Origin: an uncultured Candidatus Saccharibacteria bacterium
Lineage (GTDB): Bacteria; Patescibacteriota; Minisyncoccia; Phycocordibacterales; UBA12088
NCBI GenBank assembly: GCA_964409035.1
Contig: CAYPBQ010000005.1
Coordinates: forward strand, 1 to 60,166
Length of the DNA: 60,166 nucleotides
Reading direction: 5' to 3'
Shown: one piece after another, positions 19,863 to 28,944 of the stretch
Numbering within the stretch: the stretch's first letter is position 1
Layout: the number at the start of each line of letters is the position of its first letter
Position numbers and translations under genes: made by a program
Notes under the pieces: model-generated
Database searches by the model: none
Seen by the model: the letters and a program-made list of their open reading frames with translations, nothing else
Told to the model about the DNA's origin: nothing

Positions 19863-20918
19863 CTAAGCACTCTTTGAGGCGCTATTCAAGCTAGCTCGCT
19901 CTCGAGAGATCTCAGCAACCAACTCTTGTAACACCGCAGCAAGAGGAACTGCCAAAATTATGCCCAAAAAGCCTGCTAAATGCCCTCCTACAAGCAGTGA
20001 AAGGATTATTAGTATTGGTGGCACTCCTACCACCTTTGATACCACCAGAGGGTGAATTAGGTGGTTTTCAAACTGCTGAATGATGAGGTATAGGCCAATT
20101 ACGAGAAGACCAAGCGATGGTCCCCCGTCCACAAACGCAAGCGCGATAGCAGGAATAGATGCAAGTACCGGACCAAAGAGTGGAATGATCTCAAGTAACC
20201 CAGCAATGATGGCAAAGAGGAGGCTGTAGCGAACACCAAGAACCGTAAGGCCAAGATACGTAAGCACTCCAACAATTAACCCCAAGAGGAGCTGACCTTG
20301 CATCCATAGGCCGATCTTCTTTTGACTTCTCTTCCACAGATCAAGCACTTTGTTGGTGTACTTAGCTGGTACAACCAAACGAAGAAAGTCGTCGATACCC
20401 TTATCTTGCACAGAAAAATAAAATGAAAAGATAATGATAAGCACAAAACTCACAAATCCACCGAACACTATTGATACCGTCTGCACAAATCCATCTGATG
20501 CATTTGTGAGTGCGTTTCGTAATTCTATTACTCCATCACGCAGAGAAAATACCGCACCAGCCTCATCATGCACCACCTCGCCAGTCATGGGATTTGAAAT
20601 ACTTACCTGCTCAAGGTAAGTGGGCAATATATCAAGAAAGCCAGACATTTCATCTAGAACTGGTGGGATAAAAAATGCAATAAGTCCGGCAAAAAATCCT
20701 ATGATAGTGGCGTATACAGTAATTACCGCCACCACGCGTGGCACCCTGTATCGTTTAAACCAGTCGACCGCAGGCTCTATTGCACTTGCAATAACAATAG
20801 AGGTAAGGAGTACAAGCACCAAATCTTTAAGTAGATAGAGCGTATAAAGACCCAAGACAATTGCTGTCGCTAAAAAAAGAGTCTTCGGGCTAATAACAAT
20901 ACTGGTGTTTCCTTTCAT
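19863..20918 (-). CDS. AI-2E family (PerM-like) transporter
   Basis: 351 aa with about 8 TM helices and the family-typical LIQQFENHLIHPLVVSKVVGVPP. Confidence 0.85.
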   Translation of the reverse strand: MKGNTSIVISPKTLFLATAIVLGLYTLYLLKDLVLVLLTSIVIASAIEPAVDWFKRYRVPRVVAVITVYATIIGFFAGLIAFFIPPVLDEMSGFLDILPTYLEQVSISNPMTGEVVHDEAGAVFSLRDGVIELRNALTNASDGFVQTVSIVFGGFVSFVLIIIFSFYFSVQDKGIDDFLRLVVPAKYTNKVLDLWKRSQKKIGLWMQGQLLLGLIVGVLTYLGLTVLGVRYSLLFAIIAGLLEIIPLFGPVLASIPAIALAFVDGGPSLGLLVIGLYLIIQQFENHLIHPLVVSKVVGVPPILIILSLLVGGHLAGFLGIILAVPLAAVLQELVAEISRERASLNSASKSA

Positions 20919-20978
20919 GCGTATATAGTAGCATGTTGCAATGTAGCGAGACTACACACTTTCCCCACTAATAAGTAA

Positions 20979-22367
20979 TTATTTTGAAATCAGCGTAGAA
21001 AGCTCTGATATTAAAACACGCACCTGCTCTCCAGTGTCTCTATCTCGAACTGTTACTGTATCTTTGTGTGATGCATCCTCAGAGCCTAGCGTATCAAAAT
21101 CGATGGTAATACAAATTGGGGTACCTATTTCATCTTGTCGCCTATAGCGTTTGCCGATGTTACCGTTATCATCAAAGGTGATTCGAGGAAAATCTTTCTT
21201 TAGTAGCGCGTACACCTCACGCGCTTTTGCCTGTAGCTCGGGCTTATTTTTTAAAAGTGGAAACACCGCAGCCTGATAAGGCGCAAGGTGCTTAGGAAGC
21301 CTAAGGACAACTCTCTCCTCGCCACCCAAGGCATCCTCATCGTACGCTTTTGCGAGCACCGCAAGTACTAATCTTCCAAGACCGAAGGTTGGTTCAATAA
21401 CATGCGGTACAAATTTTTCGTTACTTGTTGCATCATGGTAGCGCAAGTCCGCACCACTCTTTTCAATATGATTGTTAAGATCAAAATCACCTCGATACGC
21501 AATACCTCCAATCTCCTTATATCCAAATGGGTAGTTGAAATAAAAGTCGAGCGTTCTTTTGCTGTAGTGCGCTCTGTCTCCCTCCCCTACTTCTACCTCC
21601 TTAACATCATCAGAAGAAAATCCAAGGAGGGTAAACCATTCATGTGATCGCATTCGGAGTGTTTCAAATACCTCTTGCCAATTTTTTTCTTCTAAAAAGT
21701 ACTCAAATTCCATTATTTCAAGCTCGCGTACTCTAAAAATAAAATCTCGAGGGGCAATTTCATTTCTAAAGTTTTTTCCTATTTGGGCAATACCAAATGG
21801 TAATTTTGGATGAAAGGTATCAATGATATTTTTAAAATTGACAAACATACCCTGCGCGGTTTCTGGACGAAGGTACACTGTTTGCTCTGGTCCCTCCACT
21901 GAACCAACCGAGGTCTTAAACATCATATTAAATTGCTGCGGACTTGAGAGCGGATTTCCATCAACACTTTTTATGTTTTTTTCTTTTAGAACTTCCCCCA
22001 TTTGGGCAAGCGACATACCTGCGACATCAACCCCAGCATCTTCAAGAAGGTGATCCGCTCTATAGCGCTTGTGATTTACCACATCCTCAACAAGTGGGTC
22101 CGAAAAACCGCCAACATGCCCTGATGCTTCCCACACTCGAGGATTCATAAGTATTGCGCTGTCTATACCGTAGATTTCATCTCTACTATCTACAAAGTGC
22201 CTCCACCAAAGTGCTTCTATATTCTTTTTTACCGAAAGTCCTAGTGGACCATAATCATATGTACCAGCAAGTCCACCGTAGATTTCTGACCCAGGAAATA
22301 TAAAGCCTCTTCGTTTACAAAGTGACACTACCTTCTCAATAGATGATTCTTTTTGTGGTTCTTTCAT
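20979..22367 (-). CDS. glyQS: Glycyl-tRNA synthetase (dimeric GlyQS type)
   Basis: RGFIFPGSEIYGGLAGTYDYGPLG, YLRPETAQG, FRNEIAPR, and a C-terminal anticodon-binding domain. Confidence 0.95.
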   Translation of the reverse strand: MKEPQKESSIEKVVSLCKRRGFIFPGSEIYGGLAGTYDYGPLGLSVKKNIEALWWRHFVDSRDEIYGIDSAILMNPRVWEASGHVGGFSDPLVEDVVNHKRYRADHLLEDAGVDVAGMSLAQMGEVLKEKNIKSVDGNPLSSPQQFNMMFKTSVGSVEGPEQTVYLRPETAQGMFVNFKNIIDTFHPKLPFGIAQIGKNFRNEIAPRDFIFRVRELEIMEFEYFLEEKNWQEVFETLRMRSHEWFTLLGFSSDDVKEVEVGEGDRAHYSKRTLDFYFNYPFGYKEIGGIAYRGDFDLNNHIEKSGADLRYHDATSNEKFVPHVIEPTFGLGRLVLAVLAKAYDEDALGGEERVVLRLPKHLAPYQAAVFPLLKNKPELQAKAREVYALLKKDFPRITFDDNGNIGKRYRRQDEIGTPICITIDFDTLGSEDASHKDTVTVRDRDTGEQVRVLISELSTLISK

Positions 22368-22371
22368 GCGG

Positions 22372-24333
22372 TTACGGCGTCACCTTACCTGACCCTCGTC
22401 CATGCGCTGGATCAAGAAGTAATTCAGTTGTTACGGGAGCGTAGGTGGATTGTATCTGCGTCTTTGTAAATGAGTCAAGTCCAGAGACTGACTGCTGACC
22501 AACAAGGAGTGGCGACTCATCAACCTGCGAGAGGCTTGGGGTAATCGCAATCTGAAATGACACCTCTCTTGATTTGGTGTTAGTGCCTACCCCTGCCCTT
22601 AGTGTCCCCACATTCCATGTCACTCTTCCTCCCACTGGATTGTAGACCACGTCTTCCCCAATAGGGTTAATTGCTCCGAGCCATTTTACGTACGACGGAA
22701 TATTGGCAACCACCTTCACGTTTTCAAGATCGTTAACGCTATTACCAAGCGACCACACCACTGTATAGGTTGTTTGTGTCTCTGCCTTTGGTGGTACTGG
22801 TCCACTATTACTAAAAACGCCGGTGCTGTATAGCGAGCGAGAAGTGAAAATAAGATCAGTAGCAATGAGCGCTCGCTTACTCACAAGTGACTCTATTTCT
22901 TCTGGAACATTTACTTCATTAATTCTTCGTCCTCGTATGCGAGTATCAAGAGAAAGCGTTTGATTGTTGGTTCTGATATCCGCAATGGCTAGTGTTTTTA
23001 TGCTGTAAGAAACACTTCCCCGCTCTCCTGGAGCAATCTCTTTAAGTTCAGGAATCGTCTCTGAAGTCCACCGAATGGTGTTGGTGTTTGAATCATAGAA
23101 ACCACTTGATGCGGCAACCGATTTTCTATCATAACCATCACCTGAGAGTGAGACTATTATTTCACCGTCCAAAATTTTTGTTGGTAAATTATTTTCCCAG
23201 ACAATATCTACTCGAACAGCCTCACCTCCTTTTACCACTGCATCTCCTTGTGTGGTAGCGCCATTTATACCCACCGCAAGCCCTATAAATGGCTTTTTGA
23301 TGACAAATGAAGATTCATTAGTTCCAAATGTTGCGGCAAGCTCTCGTTCATTGCTCTTGCTTTGCACTCCCACATTAAAGCGAATAATTCGAGACTCGAG
23401 ATTTTGCCCTATTACTACCCCACGCAGTGTTACAACCTTTTTTGTTTTTGGTTCTAGCGACCCTAATGCCCAAATGTGTGAATCAAATGACGCCTTTGGA
23501 TTACTTTCAGTAAGCTCAAATCCTTGCGGGTATTCAGCAACAAGGAGAACATCCTCGATAGTTTGCGTAGAATTAGATATGAGCTCAACGGTAAATTCAA
23601 CATCCTGTCCTGAAACAACCTCCTCAAGTGCCCCTACTCTAACCGCTATTGGAGCCGCACTAAGAACAAGATCGTGTGAAGCTTCCTTTACAAAAATTGC
23701 ATTTGAATCCTGTATTCGATACTCAAGAGTTACAAGAATTTGCTGGGAAGAATTCTCCGGACCAAAAAGTATTGCTCGCGCTGTTTTCTTTACTTTCTCA
23801 CCAGGCTTAATTGTGCCGATAGATTCTCTCGTGCGAGGTAACTCAGCGTTGAGATTGCCGGACATTCTTGTGCCGTCTGGATACTCGACTATAAGATCAG
23901 CAAGTTCTAGGGGTATTGAGTTTCTGTTAATAATTTCAATTTGTAAGACCAATTCCTGTCCACCCTCAATAGCAACCGGACCCACAATTTCGATATCTAT
24001 GTTACGAGCCGATACCACGTTCGAGCCTCCAAAAAATAGTATAAGAGAGACAATCGAAGAGAAGACGAAAAACACCACAGAAGCAATGAGGAGTATCTTT
24101 ACTGACGGGAGCATTTGTTCCTTGCGCTTTGCATCTGAAGCCCTTGCTCTCATCTTTGAGATAAGCATGGTGGTATATGAAGTATCAGCAACCACCTCGT
24201 CACTCCCCCACTCTTCTGAAACCTGGTGTGTATCAGGTGCAAGTACCCTACGCTCTCTTGGCTCTATCGCTTGCTTCCTCGAATAAAGCTTTGATTGCAC
24301 CTTATGTATTGCATCATCATCTTTTTCATTCAT
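22372..24333 (-). CDS. Large membrane-anchored hypothetical protein with repeated beta-sandwich (CARDB/DUF11-like) modules
   Basis: 653 aa with a cytoplasmic N-terminus, one TM helix (ILLIASVVFFVFSSIVSLILFF), then repeated modules such as GQELVLQIEIINRNSIPL and GQDVEFTVELISNS. Confidence 0.75.
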   Translation of the reverse strand: MNEKDDDAIHKVQSKLYSRKQAIEPRERRVLAPDTHQVSEEWGSDEVVADTSYTTMLISKMRARASDAKRKEQMLPSVKILLIASVVFFVFSSIVSLILFFGGSNVVSARNIDIEIVGPVAIEGGQELVLQIEIINRNSIPLELADLIVEYPDGTRMSGNLNAELPRTRESIGTIKPGEKVKKTARAILFGPENSSQQILVTLEYRIQDSNAIFVKEASHDLVLSAAPIAVRVGALEEVVSGQDVEFTVELISNSTQTIEDVLLVAEYPQGFELTESNPKASFDSHIWALGSLEPKTKKVVTLRGVVIGQNLESRIIRFNVGVQSKSNERELAATFGTNESSFVIKKPFIGLAVGINGATTQGDAVVKGGEAVRVDIVWENNLPTKILDGEIIVSLSGDGYDRKSVAASSGFYDSNTNTIRWTSETIPELKEIAPGERGSVSYSIKTLAIADIRTNNQTLSLDTRIRGRRINEVNVPEEIESLVSKRALIATDLIFTSRSLYSTGVFSNSGPVPPKAETQTTYTVVWSLGNSVNDLENVKVVANIPSYVKWLGAINPIGEDVVYNPVGGRVTWNVGTLRAGVGTNTKSREVSFQIAITPSLSQVDESPLLVGQQSVSGLDSFTKTQIQSTYAPVTTELLLDPAHGRGSGKVTP

Positions 24334-24354
24334 TGCAGTAAGTATAGCGCGTAT

Positions 24355-24951
24355 TTAATGACTTCGGTACAACTGTGATGCACCTATTGCGTGATTTATT
24401 TCACCAACTAGAGTTGATTTCTTTTTCAGCATTAGGTCAATGGTTTCTCTGCTTATCATTGCAGTGATGGCATGGATGGAGGTGGCATCTTTTTCCATAT
24501 AACCAAGTTCTCCGAGAATATATCGCACCATATAGAGTTCTCTAAGAGCTCGAATAGTCTCCTCAGGCTCTTGTGCTATACACCGCATACCTTCTATAAA
24601 GGCGGTATACAGTGAGACGCTCATATCCTCTTCAACCACTAGTGCTTCTATCAGGCTTCCGATGCGTCGCATTTTCTCTCTATCTATCCTTCGCTCTAGA
24701 ATGGATTGCCACTGCAGTACCACTTGTACTCCAGTAACTCTCCAGAGTAATTTACCTCGCACCAACGAAAGCTCTATCTGTGAGAGTGGTTGTACCCCAT
24801 ACCTTAGACGTGAAGACTCTTTTCTACCACTTGTCACCACCGCTCGCACCACCCCCATCTCACGAGTAAGAAATGTGGCAAGTATATGCGCCTCTTTATA
24901 AGGACGCGCAGCAAGCACTATGGCTTCTGTCCGATATATATGGTGGCTCAT
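24355..24951 (-). CDS. recO: DNA repair protein RecO (short form)
   Basis: N-terminal OB YRTEAIVLAARPYKEAHILATFLTREMGVVRAVV, typical of RecO. Confidence 0.8.
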   Translation of the reverse strand: MSHHIYRTEAIVLAARPYKEAHILATFLTREMGVVRAVVTSGRKESSRLRYGVQPLSQIELSLVRGKLLWRVTGVQVVLQWQSILERRIDREKMRRIGSLIEALVVEEDMSVSLYTAFIEGMRCIAQEPEETIRALRELYMVRYILGELGYMEKDATSIHAITAMISRETIDLMLKKKSTLVGEINHAIGASQLYRSH

Positions 24952-27900
24952 GTAGCAATCGAAAAGGATAGTGAGTATCCTTCCGCATCGTGGCGATACG
25001 GCTGTTCAGTTTCAGAATATATAATATTGATGACCTTAGTTGTTTTCATTATCTCAGATTGATACCGTTCAATAAACGCGCGTGTCTTTAGTTCCGCACA
25101 AACAGTAAGTGACGCGCTATCAAATGGAGATAGTCCCTTCTCTTTTCTTGTGTCTTGGATTGCGCGCAACAAGTCTCGGAGTATTCCTTCTTCAATAAGA
25201 ATTTCATCAAGCGTAGTATCAAGAGAGACTTCCTCACCCTCCTTCCTGTCGTATATCACCTCTTTTACGTTCACCTCTTCCTTTATCAATTCTGGATATA
25301 TTGCGATATCGCTATGCAACAACAACGCCCTCAGTGGTTGTCGTACTTTTATACCAGCACTTGCGCGTAGTTTAAGCGCGCGTGATACCACTCCCCGAGT
25401 AGCCTCCATCGTGGTGATAGCCTCTTGATTATCACCCTCAGCTTGTGGCCAACTTGCAAGATGAACGCTTAGCGGACTCTCTTTGGTGCGAACCTTTTGA
25501 TACACCTCTTCAGCAATAAATGGTGTAAATGGCGCCATTACTTTTGCGAGTGTCTCAAGCACGTACCGAGTGGTTGCAAGCGCATACATTGTGTCTTCAT
25601 CAGAATCACCCTTATACCTATCTCGTGAACGACGTACATACCACTGTGATAAATCAGCAATAAATTCTCGTATCGCTCGGGAAGATTCAAGCAGTCTATA
25701 TTCATCAAGAGCCTTTGTGGTAGTAGTGATTAGCCGAGAAAGTGTTGCTAGTATCCACACATCAAGTACGTGTGGACTCTCAAATGGATTCACCGTTGTT
25801 TCCTTTGCGTAAAGCTCATACAAGGCAACGGTATTTATAAGTGGGTTAAATACTTTTTTAGTTATGTCATCAACGGTACTTTGATCAAAATTTTTGGAGT
25901 CACCAGGTTGATTGACGCTATACATAAACAACCTAAGCGCATCCACCCCATGAAGCGCCATCATCTCCCATGGATTTACAATATTTCCAAGAGATTTTGA
26001 CATTTTCTTTCCTTTATCATCAAGGATGTGTCCCAAACAAATGACGTTTTTATACGCTCTGCCGCGGCCCAATATTACTCCTACCGCATGGAGGGTATAA
26101 AACCACCCCCTCGTCTGGTCGATTGCTTCTGCAATATAATCAGCAGGAAACCCGTGAGTATCTACCCATTCTTTATTCTCAAATGGGTAATGGTCTTGGG
26201 CGTAAGGCATGCATCCGCTATCAAACCACACGTCCATTACTTCCTTTACCCTTGTAAGGGTGGTTCCATTATCGCTATAGAGTATGACATCATCTACATA
26301 CGGGCGGTGTAAATCTATCTCGTATGATTCATTGTATGGAAGTGGGACAAACGAAACCTCTCTCACTTCTGCCGTTTTGGGAAAATCTCCTTCGTCGTAC
26401 GCCTTCTTTGAGCGATCCTCGCTATACCCTTTTGAAATAGCAAGACTCATCCATACTACATCCGCGTGGGTAACCACAAGAATAGACTCATTTTCATGTT
26501 CGTTGTTCCTCTGTGTTAAAAAGGAGCCTACTCGAGTGCGAACATCTCTGATGGTTTCCCCACCCTCTGGCGCGTGGGTAAATGACTTATGGTGAGGAAT
26601 TTGCGCATCCATTTCATGGATAGGTCTTCCATCAAATACTCCAAAATTTGTTTCTCGTAAGCGTTCATCAATTATTGCAGCAGGGAGTCCTAACGCTTCT
26701 GTGATAAGCGCGGCAGTTTCTAGCGTTCGAGGAAGTGGTGATGTGTAGACTTTTGTTATACCGAGGGAGCGCAATTCTTCAATGCGGGCTAGTACTTGTC
26801 TCCTTCCTTCATCAGTAAGGGTATTGTGTTCATCAATACTACTATTGAGATAGTGGTTAACGTTTGACTCTGCTTCTCCGTGTCGCATGACTACAAATTT
26901 ATTCTTCGGAGGCTTCATGTGTGCCCTCATGGTTTCAATAGAATCAACCACGAGTCGCTCTTTATTATCTGATGATACCCACACTGGTAGTGGTGTGCCC
27001 CAGTATCGCTCGCGTGAGAGTGCCCAATCTTTTACTCCACTGAGCCACTCGCCAAATCGCCCATCTTTGATATGGGATGGCTCCCAATTTATTTTTTGAT
27101 TTTCTTCAACAAGGGCGTCGCGAAGTGTAGACATGGCAAAATACCATGAGTCATGCGCGTAATAGATTATTGGCTGTTTACATCTCCAGCAAAATGGATA
27201 CGTGTGAGTAACTTTTTCTTTTTTAAATATACGCTCACCTAGTTCGCGTAATATTGTTTTTTCTGCTTCAGAAAAAACATCTTTTTCCTTTGCTACAAGC
27301 CCAGAGAGTGGACCAGTACCTTCAACAAATTTTCCACTCTCATCAACAAGGTGAAATTTTGGAAGCCCTGCTGTAGTACCGAGCTCAAAGTCGTCCTGAC
27401 CATACATTACGGCAGTGTGTACTATGCCAGTACCATCAAGTGTAGTAACAAATGATGCATCATATACTTTATATGCTCTTTCCAATCGTTCTTTTTGATC
27501 TTCTGGCAACAAGGTACCTAGGTATGGAAACAGTGGTTCATACGAAGTACCGACAAGATCCTTACCCATTAGGGTACGTATCACTTCTGTATCTTCTCCA
27601 AGCACCGCTATGCGATCTTTTGCTACGTAATAATACTTGGTGTCCTTTTTAACTTTTACATATTCAACTGAATCGTTTACTGCAAGCGCGACATTGCCGG
27701 GCAATGTCCATGGTGTCGTTGTCCAGGCAAGTAAGTAAGTATCATCTTCCCCCACCACCTTAAACGCCACATACACTGACACATCAGAGACCTCGTCATA
27801 TCCCTGCGCGAGCTCATGACTTGATAACCCCGTCCCACAACGAGCACACCATGGCACCACTTTGTAATCCTTATATAAAAGATTCTTCTTGTCTGCTTCT

Positions 27901-28406
27901 TTTACCACGTGCCACACTGACTCGATGTAATCACTTTTATAGGTGACATATGCATCATCAATATCTACCCAATACCCTATACGCTTGGTAAATGCTTGCC
28001 ACTCACTCGCGTACGTCCATACACTTTTTTTACACTCTTCATTAAATGCCGCGACACCGAATGTTTCTATGTCTTTTTTGTTTTTCAGACCAAGACGCTT
28101 TTCTACCTCAAGCTCAACAGGTAGACCATGTGTATCCCATCCACCCTTTCGGCGAACATGATATCCCTGCATGGTTTTATATCGAGGGATAATATCTTTA
28201 AATGATCTAGCCTCAATGTGGTGTATACCTGGGCGGCCATTTGCGGTTGGCGGACCTTCATAGAAAATAAATTCACCCCTTGGGGAGTCTTTCTCAAGTG
28301 TTTTTTTGAATACCTCGTACTCGTCCCAAAAAGCGAGTATGTTGCTTTCCCGTTTTGCTGCCTCGCCAGAGGCATATTCTTTCATAAAATCGTTATAGTC
28401 TTTCAT
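24948..28406 (-). CDS. ileS: Isoleucyl-tRNA synthetase (type 2) with an inserted histidine-phosphatase domain
   Basis: PPTANGRPGIHH, WCARCGT, WTTTPWTLPGN, WGTPLPVW, DVWFDSG and KMSKSLGN. An insert of about 190 aa carries VMRHGEAESN, SPLPRTLETA, RLRETNFG and VVTHADV. Confidence 0.95.
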   Translation of the reverse strand: MKDYNDFMKEYASGEAAKRESNILAFWDEYEVFKKTLEKDSPRGEFIFYEGPPTANGRPGIHHIEARSFKDIIPRYKTMQGYHVRRKGGWDTHGLPVELEVEKRLGLKNKKDIETFGVAAFNEECKKSVWTYASEWQAFTKRIGYWVDIDDAYVTYKSDYIESVWHVVKEADKKNLLYKDYKVVPWCARCGTGLSSHELAQGYDEVSDVSVYVAFKVVGEDDTYLLAWTTTPWTLPGNVALAVNDSVEYVKVKKDTKYYYVAKDRIAVLGEDTEVIRTLMGKDLVGTSYEPLFPYLGTLLPEDQKERLERAYKVYDASFVTTLDGTGIVHTAVMYGQDDFELGTTAGLPKFHLVDESGKFVEGTGPLSGLVAKEKDVFSEAEKTILRELGERIFKKEKVTHTYPFCWRCKQPIIYYAHDSWYFAMSTLRDALVEENQKINWEPSHIKDGRFGEWLSGVKDWALSRERYWGTPLPVWVSSDNKERLVVDSIETMRAHMKPPKNKFVVMRHGEAESNVNHYLNSSIDEHNTLTDEGRRQVLARIEELRSLGITKVYTSPLPRTLETAALITEALGLPAAIIDERLRETNFGVFDGRPIHEMDAQIPHHKSFTHAPEGGETIRDVRTRVGSFLTQRNNEHENESILVVTHADVVWMSLAISKGYSEDRSKKAYDEGDFPKTAEVREVSFVPLPYNESYEIDLHRPYVDDVILYSDNGTTLTRVKEVMDVWFDSGCMPYAQDHYPFENKEWVDTHGFPADYIAEAIDQTRGWFYTLHAVGVILGRGRAYKNVICLGHILDDKGKKMSKSLGNIVNPWEMMALHGVDALRLFMYSVNQPGDSKNFDQSTVDDITKKVFNPLINTVALYELYAKETTVNPFESPHVLDVWILATLSRLITTTTKALDEYRLLESSRAIREFIADLSQWYVRRSRDRYKGDSDEDTMYALATTRYVLETLAKVMAPFTPFIAEEVYQKVRTKESPLSVHLASWPQAEGDNQEAITTMEATRGVVSRALKLRASAGIKVRQPLRALLLHSDIAIYPELIKEEVNVKEVIYDRKEGEEVSLDTTLDEILIEEGILRDLLRAIQDTRKEKGLSPFDSASLTVCAELKTRAFIERYQSEIMKTTKVINIIYSETEQPYRHDAEGYSLSFSIAT

Positions 28407-28465
28407 GTGTTTTGCCTAAATCTGCGTACATCACCCATAGTAGTATTGTGCGCCCTATTTGTCAC

Positions 28466-28496
28466 GCAAAAAAGATAGCTCACTTTCGTGAGCTAT
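28466..28496 (-). terminator. Terminator after the 28493..28888 ORF
   Basis: atagctcac-gaaa-gtgagctat followed by cttttttg on the minus strand. The stop codon lies inside the stem. Confidence 0.6.
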
Positions 28497-28888
28497 GTTT
28501 GGAAACGTCTTAAATAAACAACATTATTTTCTGGTTCAGGAACCGAACATGAGGCGGTAAGTACAAGCTTGGTGTAGAAACCAGACAATAGCTGGGACTT
28601 TATTTTGGCTATGTCTATTGCTAATTTACTTGTAAGTGTATGGGTACAGTACCAAAATTTATCCTCAAAAAGAGAATCTCTCTGTTCTGGAACTTTTAAT
28701 TCCAGCCTCAGAAATCCACAAGCATTATACCTCTTGGTCAGCTGAATTATATGTGCCCCGGCCTGAAGAATCATCATCTCCCACTCACACCCTGTTACCA
28801 CAGCGGTGTGTAGCTGATCTAGTGAAGAAAATTGCACAAGCAGCACTTTTGTGTCGATGCAAACAAGCTTTCTTGAACGACTAAGCAT
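28493..28888 (-). CDS. Hypothetical Cys-containing protein (orphan)
   Basis: 131-aa ORF filling the ileS-argS gap, on the same strand as its neighbours and with its own terminator. I recognise no family. Confidence 0.4.
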   Translation of the reverse strand: MLSRSRKLVCIDTKVLLVQFSSLDQLHTAVVTGCEWEMMILQAGAHIIQLTKRYNACGFLRLELKVPEQRDSLFEDKFWYCTHTLTSKLAIDIAKIKSQLLSGFYTKLVLTASCSVPEPENNVVYLRRFQT

Positions 28889-28944
28889 GAGATGTCTCCC
28901 TTTTGCCTACAGAAGAAAATACCTCGTGGTATATTTTTGCGCAA

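Noticed and set aside
23252-24286. 344-aa ORF antisense to the 653-aa membrane protein gene.
   Set aside because: It lies entirely within the better-supported minus-strand gene, has S/T/R-rich low-information composition, and lacks start context or homology motifs.
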